Shown here in pieces: positions 9,688 to 19,083 of a stretch of 59,629 bases of DNA (positions within the stretch are counted from its first letter, which is position 1; every line of letters starts with the position of its first letter). Source of the DNA: Desulfurococcaceae archaeon (GTDB lineage Archaea > Thermoproteota > Thermoprotei_A > Sulfolobales > Desulfurococcaceae); assembly GCA_038816475.1 (NCBI GenBank), contig JAWBAI010000006.1:1-59629 (forward strand), written 5' to 3'. The position numbers and the translations under genes are program-made. The notes under the pieces were generated by a model. That model was not told the DNA's origin. It did no database searches and worked only from the letters and a program-made list of their open reading frames with translations.

Positions 9688-10166
9688 GCCATATCACCTT
9701 GTGCGAACATTTTTCTTATGCAGGCATGAATGACGATCTGCTTGTGGATGTCACATCCGCTCGTGAACTCTGCTTTAAACCGATTTCCGAAGCTTCGGCA
9801 GACCTCAGAGAGATCCAGACCACTCTTAATCTCTAACTTGGCGGCATAGACAATGTCGGCTGTTGCTAGAGGATTTTCGCGGGATCCACCAAGCAAAATG
9901 CCAATTCCACGGGTCATGGCAAGTTCTTTTAGTGCCAAGAACTCATGAGGGTCTTTTTTCTCCTCGAGGTGGAGGAACAGAGCATCGTATTTTTCAGCGT
10001 AGCTAATTAATTGATTAACGCTCTCCTCAGCCTGTTTAACCGTTCTCTTAGTCTCGACAGCCACCAGCACTGGAACGAACAGTATGTACTCTAGGTCAGG
10101 TCCCCACGAACCTCTTGTTCTCCACACTATTTTCACTGATTTGCATAGATCCATCATTAATTTCAC
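9684..10166 (-). CDS. Small PD-(D/E)XK nuclease-like protein
   Basis: GPDLEYILFVPVLVAVETK followed by NQLISYAEKYD gives the PD...ExK...QxxxY pattern. TTTATAAA lies ~30 nt upstream at 10193-10200. Confidence 0.6.
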   Translation of the reverse strand: MKLMMDLCKSVKIVWRTRGSWGPDLEYILFVPVLVAVETKRTVKQAEESVNQLISYAEKYDALFLHLEEKKDPHEFLALKELAMTRGIGILLGGSRENPLATADIVYAAKLEIKSGLDLSEVCRSFGNRFKAEFTSGCDIHKQIVIHACIRKMFAQGDMA

Positions 10167-10193
10167 CCAATTTCATTTATTTGTAAAAGGGGT

Positions 10194-10868
10194 TTATAAA
10201 TCCTCCGACCTGAAGTGTTGACATATGCTGGTCAGCGGGCACTCTCTGCACAGGGGGTCTCTTGCTCTGCAGATGTTCCTGGCGAGGTCCAGGACCCCGT
10301 AGTTGAAGTCGCGCGCCTCCTGCGGGTTCTTCGGTGTAAGCATTCTTGCGAATCTCCAGAGAGCGGGATCCGTGTGCGGCCGGGGCTTCGATGACTTAAC
10401 CCCGAAGACTCTCTCGAGCACTCTTATCATGTTCCTGTCGAGGAGAGGCTCGGGCTGACCGCAGGCTACTAGGAGGACCTCTGATGCTATGTAGTCGCCG
10501 ACGCCGGGTAGCTCCTTCAGCTTCTCCCTGGAGCAGGGGATCGCTCCTCTGAACCTCTTGACTACGTGCTCTGCGAGCTCGATGAGGTGCCTCGCTCTTT
10601 TGTGCTCTATTCCCAGCGGTCTGATGAGCTCTTCGAGCTCCTCAGTGCTCGCTTCCAGGAGCGATTGAGGTGTAGGGTACCTCTTGATGAACTCTTCGTA
10701 GATTTTCAGAACCTGCTTCGTCGTGGTTTTCCTGAGCATGAACGCTGCAACAAGCACAGCCCAGGGGTTGCTCGTAGCTCTCCACGGAAGACTTCTCTCG
10801 CCGAAGAGCCTGTACCACTCTATGATTCTCCGCTTGAAGACCTCTGCTTTCTCTGCAGAGTCCGCCAT
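10194..10868 (-). CDS. T/G mismatch DNA glycosylase (MIG/TDG, HhH-GPD superfamily)
   Basis: LPWR, MLRKTT (Arg as in MIG rather than the QQT of MutY), HhH LPGVGDY, LDRN and the 4Fe-4S motif CRARDPLCRECPLTSIC. It sits beside a 5mC MTase. ATG 10868 is preferred. Confidence 0.82.
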   Translation of the reverse strand: MADSAEKAEVFKRRIIEWYRLFGERSLPWRATSNPWAVLVAAFMLRKTTTKQVLKIYEEFIKRYPTPQSLLEASTEELEELIRPLGIEHKRARHLIELAEHVVKRFRGAIPCSREKLKELPGVGDYIASEVLLVACGQPEPLLDRNMIRVLERVFGVKSSKPRPHTDPALWRFARMLTPKNPQEARDFNYGVLDLARNICRARDPLCRECPLTSICQHFRSEDL

Positions 10869-11102
10869 GCGGAGAACTCCTCTTTCCGCCTTCAAGACGG
10901 CGCGGTGACGGCTAACCTGTTTGACACATAGTTTTCTACGAAGACAGCCCATTTATACTGCTGTTGCAGTAAACTAGTACTAGTTAGAGCGCGCAGAGCT
11001 CGAGCTGGGGGCGCAGGCGTGCTCAGGATTAACTCTAAGACGTGTGTGGAGCTCGCTAAGCGCCTTGTGGGCGAGTAGCGTCTTCCCGGGGAGCTTCTGG
11101 AG

Positions 11103-12104
11103 GTGAACAGCGGTGCAGGGAGAGCCGGCAAGAGCTTTCTCGAGAGGCTGTGCGAGGGTATTGTAAGGGGCCGCGATGCTGAGGATTTCGAATCCGTCGA
11201 GGAGTGGCTGGAGAATCTCGCGTTCAGCTCTGTTCTGCTGACTAGAGATGAGTACCTCGAGGCAACTGTTCACGCGCTACGATTAGCTCCCAAGATCGCC
11301 GCTACTGACTACGGGACATCGAGGCAGAGAGACCTGGCTCAGATCTGGACAGACGCGATAAGAGGCTTCCTCGGCGAAAGAGCCTTCAGGAAGTGGCTGA
11401 GGGAGAGGTTTGGAATCGAAGCTGAGCTCGACTTCAGGAGAGGACCCCTCGAGGAGTTTCTGCCCTCCGACCTAGCAAGGATCAGAAAGCTCGGTGAGAG
11501 CTGGAGAAAGCCCAGGCTCAAGGTGAGCATAAAAACCACCAAGCTTCAGGGAATGTGGCTTGACATCCCCTATGCCCAGCTCGAGCACAGCGATGTTTTC
11601 GTGCTCGTACGAGTGGGAGTTTCAAGGGGGCACTTCCTGGCGTTCCTGAAAGACATAAGCGTAATAATGGACAAGATACTCGCGCTCGCGCGGAACAAGG
11701 GAATAGAGTTCGACATAAAGGAGATCCGGGACTCCATCCCGGAGTTCAAGAGCATTCCCGCGTTCGTAGCCGGCTTCTTCGATAAGAGTGAGCTGGCCGA
11801 TAAGCTGGTGGACAGAAGGGCTGTTCTGGTGGCTGACGGAAAGCTCAAGCAAAAGAAGAGCGGCGGCTACAGGCTCGTGCTGAACAGGTTCGCGGGCTGG
11901 TGGAACCCCAGGGACTCCGAGTGCAGAAGAAGAATAGCCGACTGCTTCATGAAGATGCACCCTGAGATCCGCCTGGACCCTAACAGGCTGAGCATCGAGT
12001 TTGAGGGCCTCGGCGAGACTTCAGAAACCCTGCATTTCCTAGTCAGCTCCGGCGTGCTCAAGCGGAGGAGGAAGGACTGGGAGGAGCTTGTCAGCAGGCT
12101 TTAG
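11103..12104 (+). CDS. Putative type II restriction endonuclease
   Basis: GFLGERAF...LPSDL...VSIKTTK gives an E...D...xK REase-type pattern. It is convergent with the C5 MTase. Confidence 0.72.
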   Translation: MNSGAGRAGKSFLERLCEGIVRGRDAEDFESVEEWLENLAFSSVLLTRDEYLEATVHALRLAPKIAATDYGTSRQRDLAQIWTDAIRGFLGERAFRKWLRERFGIEAELDFRRGPLEEFLPSDLARIRKLGESWRKPRLKVSIKTTKLQGMWLDIPYAQLEHSDVFVLVRVGVSRGHFLAFLKDISVIMDKILALARNKGIEFDIKEIRDSIPEFKSIPAFVAGFFDKSELADKLVDRRAVLVADGKLKQKKSGGYRLVLNRFAGWWNPRDSECRRRIADCFMKMHPEIRLDPNRLSIEFEGLGETSETLHFLVSSGVLKRRRKDWEELVSRL

Positions 12105-12163
12105 CAGAAGCCGGTTGCTCTGGAGAGCTACGAGCTGAAGCACCACCGCCCGCTGATGTTCCG

Positions 12164-13558
12164 CTACTCCACGAGCTTGAGGATCTGTAGCACGGCTTCC
12201 GCGATCCGCTTCGACGCCAGCGGTGGCACTGCTTCTCCTATCTGCGCTCGCACCTCGGTTCTCGACCCGCAGAACAGGAATGAGTCTGGGAAGGTCTGAA
12301 GCCTTGCTCTCTCCCTCAGGCTGAGGGTTGCTCTGTCCCTGTCGTAGTGGTAGCCGTGCGTTCCCCCTCCGCCGTAGGCTACTATCGTGTAGCTCGGCTT
12401 CAGCGGGTGAATCCTCCTGTACACGAGGCTTATGCCCTTCCCCTCCACCTCCCACCGCGTTCCCCTCACGAACTCGTGGTTCTCCCCGGGAGGTATCCTC
12501 CTCATCCTCTCCCTCACCTCCGCTGTGTCCTCGGGGAGAGAGCAGGTGCCGTCGGGGAGCGGCTTAGTGCAGACTCTGACCCCGAGGTAGCCGAGCTCTC
12601 CGAGGACCCTCTCGTGAGCTCTCCACGCTTCCTCGAGCTCGTGCTCGAACGCTTCCCCAGCACCGCTGACCGCTAGGTAGTCCTTGACGATGTCGAAGGT
12701 CAGCTTGTCCCACACATCCCTCTTCCACTCCCAGGCTCTCGGGGTGCTCACCTCGAGCCACACACCATCCCACTTCCTCATGACCTCCGCGTACTCGTCC
12801 TGAAGCTCAGGTAGCACCCTGCCCTCGAAGACCTCGATTGGAGTCAAAGGAAATTTACTGAAAATACCATCTGACAGCAGAGCCTTCTTCACTGTTGCAA
12901 ATGCTTCTCTGTCCACGGCTAGATCCCTCCTAACTCCAACGATGATCAGCCTCTCCCTCCTCTGCGGTGCTCCGAGCTTCGAGAAGTCCACGATGCCCGA
13001 GAAGACCACCTCGTAGCCCTGCACGCTCCCGCTGTTGCTACTGCTGATCCCAGCGCTCCTTCTGACCTCGTCCCACCTGAGGTTCAGGTTCTCAAGGTCC
13101 TCGAGTATCGCTCTGTACGCCAGCCCCCTGTTCGAGCTTACGAGGCCCGGGACGTTCTCGAAGACGAAGACCCTCGGCTGGAGCTGAGCAAGAGCTCTGA
13201 CGAAGTGAGCGTACAGCCTCCCCCGCTTAACCTCTATGCCTCTCCCGTCCCACTCAGGTCCCCGGACAACGGAGAAGTCCTGGCAGGGCGGTCCGCCCAC
13301 CACGACGTCAGCGTGTAGCTCCCTGAGCTCTGAGAAGTCCACGAGCGATACATCGCAGACCAGCGCCTCGCCGGGCGAAGCGGTGTGTTGCTTGCTCCCG
13401 GAGCAGTAGCTCAGCCTCAGCCCGAAGTTCCTCGAGTACGTTCTCATCGGCGCCTCCAGCACATCGTTGGCGAAGACTATCTCGAAGCCAGACTCCCTGA
13501 ACCCCCAGTCGAGCCCGCCGGCACCGGAGAACAGCGATACCACTCTAAGGCGGGTCAA
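12164..13558 (-). CDS. DNA (cytosine-5)-methyltransferase
   Basis: Motifs I FSGAGG, IV GGPPCQDFS, VI FENVPG, VIII QRRERL and IX/X RERARLQTFPD...QIGEAVPP. Confidence 0.96.
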   Translation of the reverse strand: MTRLRVVSLFSGAGGLDWGFRESGFEIVFANDVLEAPMRTYSRNFGLRLSYCSGSKQHTASPGEALVCDVSLVDFSELRELHADVVVGGPPCQDFSVVRGPEWDGRGIEVKRGRLYAHFVRALAQLQPRVFVFENVPGLVSSNRGLAYRAILEDLENLNLRWDEVRRSAGISSSNSGSVQGYEVVFSGIVDFSKLGAPQRRERLIIVGVRRDLAVDREAFATVKKALLSDGIFSKFPLTPIEVFEGRVLPELQDEYAEVMRKWDGVWLEVSTPRAWEWKRDVWDKLTFDIVKDYLAVSGAGEAFEHELEEAWRAHERVLGELGYLGVRVCTKPLPDGTCSLPEDTAEVRERMRRIPPGENHEFVRGTRWEVEGKGISLVYRRIHPLKPSYTIVAYGGGGTHGYHYDRDRATLSLRERARLQTFPDSFLFCGSRTEVRAQIGEAVPPLASKRIAEAVLQILKLVE

Positions 13559-13571
13559 AGCCTTCGCCTCA

Positions 13572-13759
13572 CTACTTCTTGGCGCTGGAGGAGATCAGGG
13601 ACTTCTCCGAGAGCCATGCCAGCACAATGTTCCTCACTATCTCAGCATCCGTACCCCCAGGACTCCCCGCAATCTCTCTATCAGCTCCCACTGCTCACGG
13701 GTGAAAGTGACCTGAACCCTCTTAATGCGTTGCCCGCTGACAGCACGCTCCCTCAACAC
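13572..13759 (-). pseudogene. RHH/CopG-family controller of the R-M locus, frameshifted at a G5 tract
   Basis: One frame reads MLRERAVSGQRIKRVQVTFTREQWELIERLRGVLG and the next reads TDAEIVRNIVLAWLSEKSLISSSAKK*. One extra G at 13654-13658 joins them. TTTATATA promoter at 13790-13797. Confidence 0.7.
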
Positions 13760-14112
13760 ACACCCTGCATACACATATGACACACGCAGTATATAAACCG
13801 CGGCTCCCGGTCCCAGCCTGCACGCCTAACAAACACGCAGACCCCGAGAGCACGCTGAGCAACAGGCCAGCCCTGCAAAAAGCAGAGCAAAACACACTCT
13901 GGGAAACCAAGCAAGGAGAATCAAGCGCAAAAACAATTGGGTGAAGTGCGGGAAGTTATTGTGTTATGCATGGTGTTGTCCTACGTGCATTGCCATGATG
14001 TATCCTCGGCGTTGTCACGGCGTTGTACATGCATTACAATGGCGTGTCATTTGCACCGTCTCGGTAAAGTATAAACAACGCGCGCGTTTTATAACATGGA
14101 GCACACTGAGGG

Positions 14113-14880
14113 GTGGGTCTCTGTGAGCGATGTAGCGGACGTGATAATTGGGAGGAAGCCCGGAAACTATTGTCGTATTTAGATAGTAGTGGGCTTATGC
14201 TAAGACTTTATTACCGTACTAGATCTGGAAACTATTACTACGAATTCGTTTTCCCTGCACCATGTCACACCGACGAGGTAATAAGCCTTCTGAAGCCAAC
14301 GAAGCCTCTTCTGCTTCCACCTCCGCCGCCAGCACCTGAGGTAGTTAGGACTTCGAGACCGACGAAGGAGATTCTTGAGAGAATTGTTGGTTCAGTACTA
14401 GAAGACCTCGGTTTCAAGGTCTACACCAATGTTAAGAGGGCTGCTAGAACCGGGGGTCCAATAGAGGTTGACGTGTGGGCTGAAAAAGACGTAGGGCCAA
14501 TGAGGTTCTCAGTCTACGTATCATGTAAGAACTGGGATAGGGAAATTGACAGATCCGTGATTGATGAAGAATTCGGAAGAACATTGAACTTAAGGGACCA
14601 ACCGCAGCTCAAAGTCATAGTAGCTAAAAGACTAACGGAGCCGGCTAAGGAAGTTGCTATATCCGATGGCTTCCTGGTAATAGAGCTAGGGAGAAAAGCT
14701 GAGGCTGAAACAGCTGCTGAAGCCTACGAGCTAGTGTACGAAACCCTAAATAGACTGTTCATGGCCACTGCACCTCCGAGGCTTTTGGAGATCGCCTCGA
14801 GAGTAGGGGAGATAGCTGAAGAACTAGGAAGAATTAAAGACGAGTTAACTGAGTTGATGAAAAGACCAGGAGTCAAGTGA
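14113..14880 (+). CDS. Mrr-like restriction endonuclease
   Basis: LERIVGSVLEDLGF...IEVDVWA...VYVSCKNW...IDRSVI matches the Mrr catalytic domain pattern, with Ser at the E/Q position. C-terminal coiled coil. Confidence 0.78.
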   Translation: MGLCERCSGRDNWEEARKLLSYLDSSGLMLRLYYRTRSGNYYYEFVFPAPCHTDEVISLLKPTKPLLLPPPPPAPEVVRTSRPTKEILERIVGSVLEDLGFKVYTNVKRAARTGGPIEVDVWAEKDVGPMRFSVYVSCKNWDREIDRSVIDEEFGRTLNLRDQPQLKVIVAKRLTEPAKEVAISDGFLVIELGRKAEAETAAEAYELVYETLNRLFMATAPPRLLEIASRVGEIAEELGRIKDELTELMKRPGVK

Positions 14881-15223
14881 AGTGCATTGTTACTGGATGG
14901 TTATCCACGTGTCATACATACAACAGGATACCCTAGTGATGTTCAACAGCTAAGACGATATCTCAGAAAGCTCTTAATATGAGTCTAGAAAGCCAGCGCT
15001 AAATAGATACAATAAAGGGTAGTAAAACCCTATAGAAGGTAAGTTTACATCAAGATGATGAATAAAGGGGTTGTAAACTCTCAGTGCTAAGGACTTTAAG
15101 AAGATGCGCCGTTGTGCAGTATTTAGCGTGGTCTTGAAACATGTTTTGTGTGTTAACTATCAGCTAGATGCTCTCAGCGGTTTTATAAACGTAGCTTACC
15201 TATGGCATTCGTGGTGCTGTGAA

Positions 15224-18175
15224 ATGAGCGGTTTTCTGCTGTGTGGTGAAGTGCACTACTTTCGTGTACCCAGGTCTCTATGGTACGATAGACTGCTGAA
15301 GCTTAAACGTGCTGGTGCTAACTGTGTTTCAACCTACATACCGTGGAACTGGCACATGCCCAGAAAGGGTGTCGTTGACTTCGAGGACTCCTACAGGGAC
15401 CCCCTGGTACCCGGTTACTTCAGCAGGAGGTTGAGGGACTACCTTGAGCTAGCCGAGAAGCTGGGGTTGAAGGTCGTTGCTAGACCTGGACCCTACATAT
15501 GCTCGGAGTGGGATAGCGGTGGACACCCGAACTGGCTGTACGCTGAGAAGTGTCGTCTCAGAAGCCTTGACCCCTGCTACCTGAGGTTCGCCTCGGAGTG
15601 GTACCGCGCTGTAATGCCTATCGTAGCCGAGTTCGCCGAGAGAGGCGTTGTAACAGTTGTTCAGGTTGAAAACGAGTACTTCTGGGGTAATGAGCCTTTC
15701 ATAGAGAAGCTGCAAGAGGAAGCTGCAAAGCACCTGAGAGACACGCTCACAGTTACCAACGAGAACTACTACTTGAGCAGAGTACCAAACACCATTGACG
15801 ACTACCCCTCTCCCTGGAGCATCAGAAGCTTCGATGAGAAAGTTGAAAAGTACGTTAGGTCTCAGCCGGGCTTGTTCAAGATGTTCATGGAGCTTCAGGG
15901 CGGATGGTTCTCCTCGATCAAGCACGGGGCTTCACCCACCGATAGGCTGAGTATCCCAGCTGAGTGGACTGAGCTCCTGGTTAAAACAGCGTATATGATG
16001 GGTGTTGACAACATCAACGTGTACATGTTCCACGGGGGAACAAACCCTGGTTACTACACGGCAAAGTACATTACAACCTCCTACGACTACGAAGCACCGG
16101 TAAGAGAGTGGGGTTATCTATCCCAAAGGTACTTCAACGTGAAGAGAGTTTACACGTTCTTATCCACGTTCGGGGAGATCCTGGGGAAAACCAAGCCCAC
16201 TGGGAATACTGTGAAAGCTAGCCTAGGGTGCTGCGTGGTTTTCGCGCGATCCGGGGAAAACGCTACACTTGTTCTACTGAGGAACACCGGTGATACCGTG
16301 TGCTACGAGAGGCTGATCCACGGAAACAACGTTTTACCCGGCTCGCGCTCGATCAGGGTTCCTCCTAGGTACGGTAAGCTTGTTCTACTTGAAGCAGAAA
16401 TCCCTGGTTCACCCTTCAAGCTGATCTACTCCACTCTGGAACCTCTTCTCTACCTTAGGTTCGGGAGCAGCTGGGTGATGGTTTTCTACGGTGACCGAGA
16501 GGAAGCAGAGCTGGAGATCACCACTAGCAAGGCTGTTCAAAGAATGCTTGTTATCGGCGATGTGAGAGTATCATCGGTGAACGGGGTGATCAGGGCTGAA
16601 GCAACCGTCGACGTGGACGACAAAGTAGTAGCGCTGGAAACCGTTGACCACGAAAAGCTGATAGTTGTATTGACCTCTAGGAAGCGAGCGGAGAGAACGT
16701 GGATCCTAGACATCAACGGTAAACCGCTCGTTCTCGTTTCGAACATCTACTACGTTGGAAACGTGGAAGACCGGAGCAAAGGGTTCTCCTTGGAGGTGGA
16801 GCTGGATTCTGGGAGCTGTGGTAGAGTTCTCGCGGTAACTCCTCTGAAGCTTGAGGAGGTCTACGTTAACGGGTCCAAGCTCGAGGTGTCCAGGTTGCAT
16901 GAAGATGTTTACGAGTTCACGCTGAGCCCTGAGCTCTGCGTTCTGGACAACCCCCGCGAAGTCGTACTGAGCAGTTTCACAGCGAGCTGGGACCCCGTTG
17001 ACCACGGTTACGTAAGGATAGAACCTTATACTCCTCTTGAAACAGCTGGTTTCTACGACAACGGCTTCTACGTGTACAGAATCAAGTTCAACGTGGACAC
17101 CGAGGTTCTAAGCAGGCTAAAGGATAGAACAATCGCGGTCGTTGGTGTCTTCGACTACGCTGTTGTCAAACTCAACGACGTGTTCCTGGCATCAGGGTAC
17201 CACATGCTGGAAGCAAACGCCTCCGTTGCCCTGAGAGAAGGGTTGAACGAGCTGAGAGTGATCGTTGAAGCCACTGGTCACCCGAACGATGGATTAATCT
17301 ACGTTCCAAACGGTATTGCAACCGGTGTGTACCTGAGCCGTGTTGAAGTTAAACCTCTCACCGGCTGGAGGAAAATCGAGCTTAAACCAGACTACGGTGC
17401 AGCCTTCGACATGGCCGAGTTCATGGAGAACCCAGCGAAGGTTCTCAGCGCTCTCAAGAACTGGAGAAGCACGCCGAGCCTGGAGGTTGCTGACATAGGT
17501 TCACAAGGGCTCTACGTCAAGGAGATCCACGTTGAGAACCCAGGATTGTACTACGTTTTCGATCCTGGTTCATCGTTCTACACAAACCACTACTATAGAG
17601 CACTGCTCTTCGTGAACGGATTTTACGTTGGCCCCATCACAGGTCCTCTCGATGTATCGAAGTACCTTAAGCCAGGTGTAAACGAGGTTGCAGTCTACGT
17701 TGAGTACGGCTTTCTGACACCGGTTTTAAGGGTTTACGAGCAAAGGATCGAGGGTGAATGGCTCGTACAGAAGAGCACTAGGGGTCTCATCGAGGAGTGG
17801 TTTAAACCAGAGCACGTGCTACACAGCGATCTGAGAACCCCTGTTCGAATCCTCGGGCGTGGAGGAGACGTGGTCTGGCTGAAAGCGAACTTCAGGCTCA
17901 ACGAACAGCCCGATCCCTCCAGGCCATTGAAGCTCATTGTTGACTCAAATGGTATGAGAGTGCTTGTGTTCGTGAACGAGTTTCTCGTTGGTAGAGTATA
18001 CGATGATTCTCCGAGCAGAGAGCTCTACGTACCGGAAGCAGCGCTGAAACCCGGTGAAAACACTGTTACGTTGATGTGTCTTCTCTGCTCCAACACGGCA
18101 TCTCTGAACGCTGTTAAACTGTCCGAGTACCACGTGCACAGAAGAACCAGGATTGATTGCACTGTGAAACACTAG
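15224..18175 (+). CDS. GH35 beta-galactosidase-like glycosidase
   Basis: GEVHYFR, TYIPWNWH, RPGPYICSEWDSGG, QVENEY (acid/base), MELQGGWF (nucleophile), YMFHGGTN and TSYDY. ATG 15224 follows a TTTATAAA box. Confidence 0.92.
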   Translation: MSGFLLCGEVHYFRVPRSLWYDRLLKLKRAGANCVSTYIPWNWHMPRKGVVDFEDSYRDPLVPGYFSRRLRDYLELAEKLGLKVVARPGPYICSEWDSGGHPNWLYAEKCRLRSLDPCYLRFASEWYRAVMPIVAEFAERGVVTVVQVENEYFWGNEPFIEKLQEEAAKHLRDTLTVTNENYYLSRVPNTIDDYPSPWSIRSFDEKVEKYVRSQPGLFKMFMELQGGWFSSIKHGASPTDRLSIPAEWTELLVKTAYMMGVDNINVYMFHGGTNPGYYTAKYITTSYDYEAPVREWGYLSQRYFNVKRVYTFLSTFGEILGKTKPTGNTVKASLGCCVVFARSGENATLVLLRNTGDTVCYERLIHGNNVLPGSRSIRVPPRYGKLVLLEAEIPGSPFKLIYSTLEPLLYLRFGSSWVMVFYGDREEAELEITTSKAVQRMLVIGDVRVSSVNGVIRAEATVDVDDKVVALETVDHEKLIVVLTSRKRAERTWILDINGKPLVLVSNIYYVGNVEDRSKGFSLEVELDSGSCGRVLAVTPLKLEEVYVNGSKLEVSRLHEDVYEFTLSPELCVLDNPREVVLSSFTASWDPVDHGYVRIEPYTPLETAGFYDNGFYVYRIKFNVDTEVLSRLKDRTIAVVGVFDYAVVKLNDVFLASGYHMLEANASVALREGLNELRVIVEATGHPNDGLIYVPNGIATGVYLSRVEVKPLTGWRKIELKPDYGAAFDMAEFMENPAKVLSALKNWRSTPSLEVADIGSQGLYVKEIHVENPGLYYVFDPGSSFYTNHYYRALLFVNGFYVGPITGPLDVSKYLKPGVNEVAVYVEYGFLTPVLRVYEQRIEGEWLVQKSTRGLIEEWFKPEHVLHSDLRTPVRILGRGGDVVWLKANFRLNEQPDPSRPLKLIVDSNGMRVLVFVNEFLVGRVYDDSPSRELYVPEAALKPGENTVTLMCLLCSNTASLNAVKLSEYHVHRRTRIDCTVKH

Positions 18176-18222
18176 GGCTCCTCACACAAGGATGATAGGG
18201 TAGAAAAATCCAGGGTTTCAGG

Positions 18223-19080
18223 TTAACCCTTTGCTATTCCAAGTCTGTAGGCTTCTCCAATGTACTTCTGAGCTAGCGCGAACAAAGCTACGATGGGTAC
18301 AGCGAAGAGTATTGATGCAGCTGCAAAGGTCCCCGGTTCCATTAAACCAGCTTGTCCAGCTACGGCTTTTCTGTATATGTACATACCTAGAGTTCTCAAG
18401 CCCATGGTGTTTGCTATGATGAACTCCCCCCAGGCGCTCATGAACGCGAATAGCGTTATGATTATGAATGCTGCCTTTGAAGCTGGAAATATCACTCTGA
18501 AAATTATGTGGAACCAGCTTGCTCCATCAATGAAGGAAGCTTCATCGAGCTCCTTTGGGAGTTGATCAAAGTAGCTTTTCATGAGCCATGTTTGAAATGG
18601 TACAAGACCTGAGACGTAGATGAAGGGCAGTATGTATATGTTGATGAGGTTAACACCATACGCTGTAAGCCTCAGTAGGAATATGTAGAGGGCTACAATG
18701 GCTATGATTCCAAGTCCACCGCCAGCCTGGCTCACTATAAGGTAGTAGTAGAGCAGTGTGTCTTTACCTCTGAAATCGAACCTGGAGAATGCGTATGCAG
18801 CTGGAATCACGATGGCTATGGCTAGTACTACTGTTATTGAGGCTACTGTAAGAGTGTTCACAAGTGCTTCGTAGAACTCCGGGTCTTCTAGGGTTTTATA
18901 GAAGTTACGAATTGTTACACCGTAAGTTAGCAGGTCTCTGAGGTCTGAAAGTATCAACGTTGGTCTTCCAACCAGTGCTTGTGCAACTATGTAAACCAGT
19001 GGATACGCCATCGCGGATGCAACAAACACTCCGAAAACCGTGGCAACAACTTTGAGAAATGTAATGGTAACCGTGACCAC
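18223..19080 (-). CDS. Sugar ABC transporter permease (MalG-like)
   Basis: AAYAFSRFDFRGK and the EAA loop LDEASFIDGAS. Confidence 0.92.
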   Translation of the reverse strand: MVTVTITFLKVVATVFGVFVASAMAYPLVYIVAQALVGRPTLILSDLRDLLTYGVTIRNFYKTLEDPEFYEALVNTLTVASITVVLAIAIVIPAAYAFSRFDFRGKDTLLYYYLIVSQAGGGLGIIAIVALYIFLLRLTAYGVNLINIYILPFIYVSGLVPFQTWLMKSYFDQLPKELDEASFIDGASWFHIIFRVIFPASKAAFIIITLFAFMSAWGEFIIANTMGLRTLGMYIYRKAVAGQAGLMEPGTFAAASILFAVPIVALFALAQKYIGEAYRLGIAKG

Positions 19081-19083
19081 GCC

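Noticed and set aside
14923-14934. ACAGGATACCCT shared with spacer 3 of array 3
   Set aside because: Only 12 nt with mismatched flanks; consistent with chance, not self-targeting.
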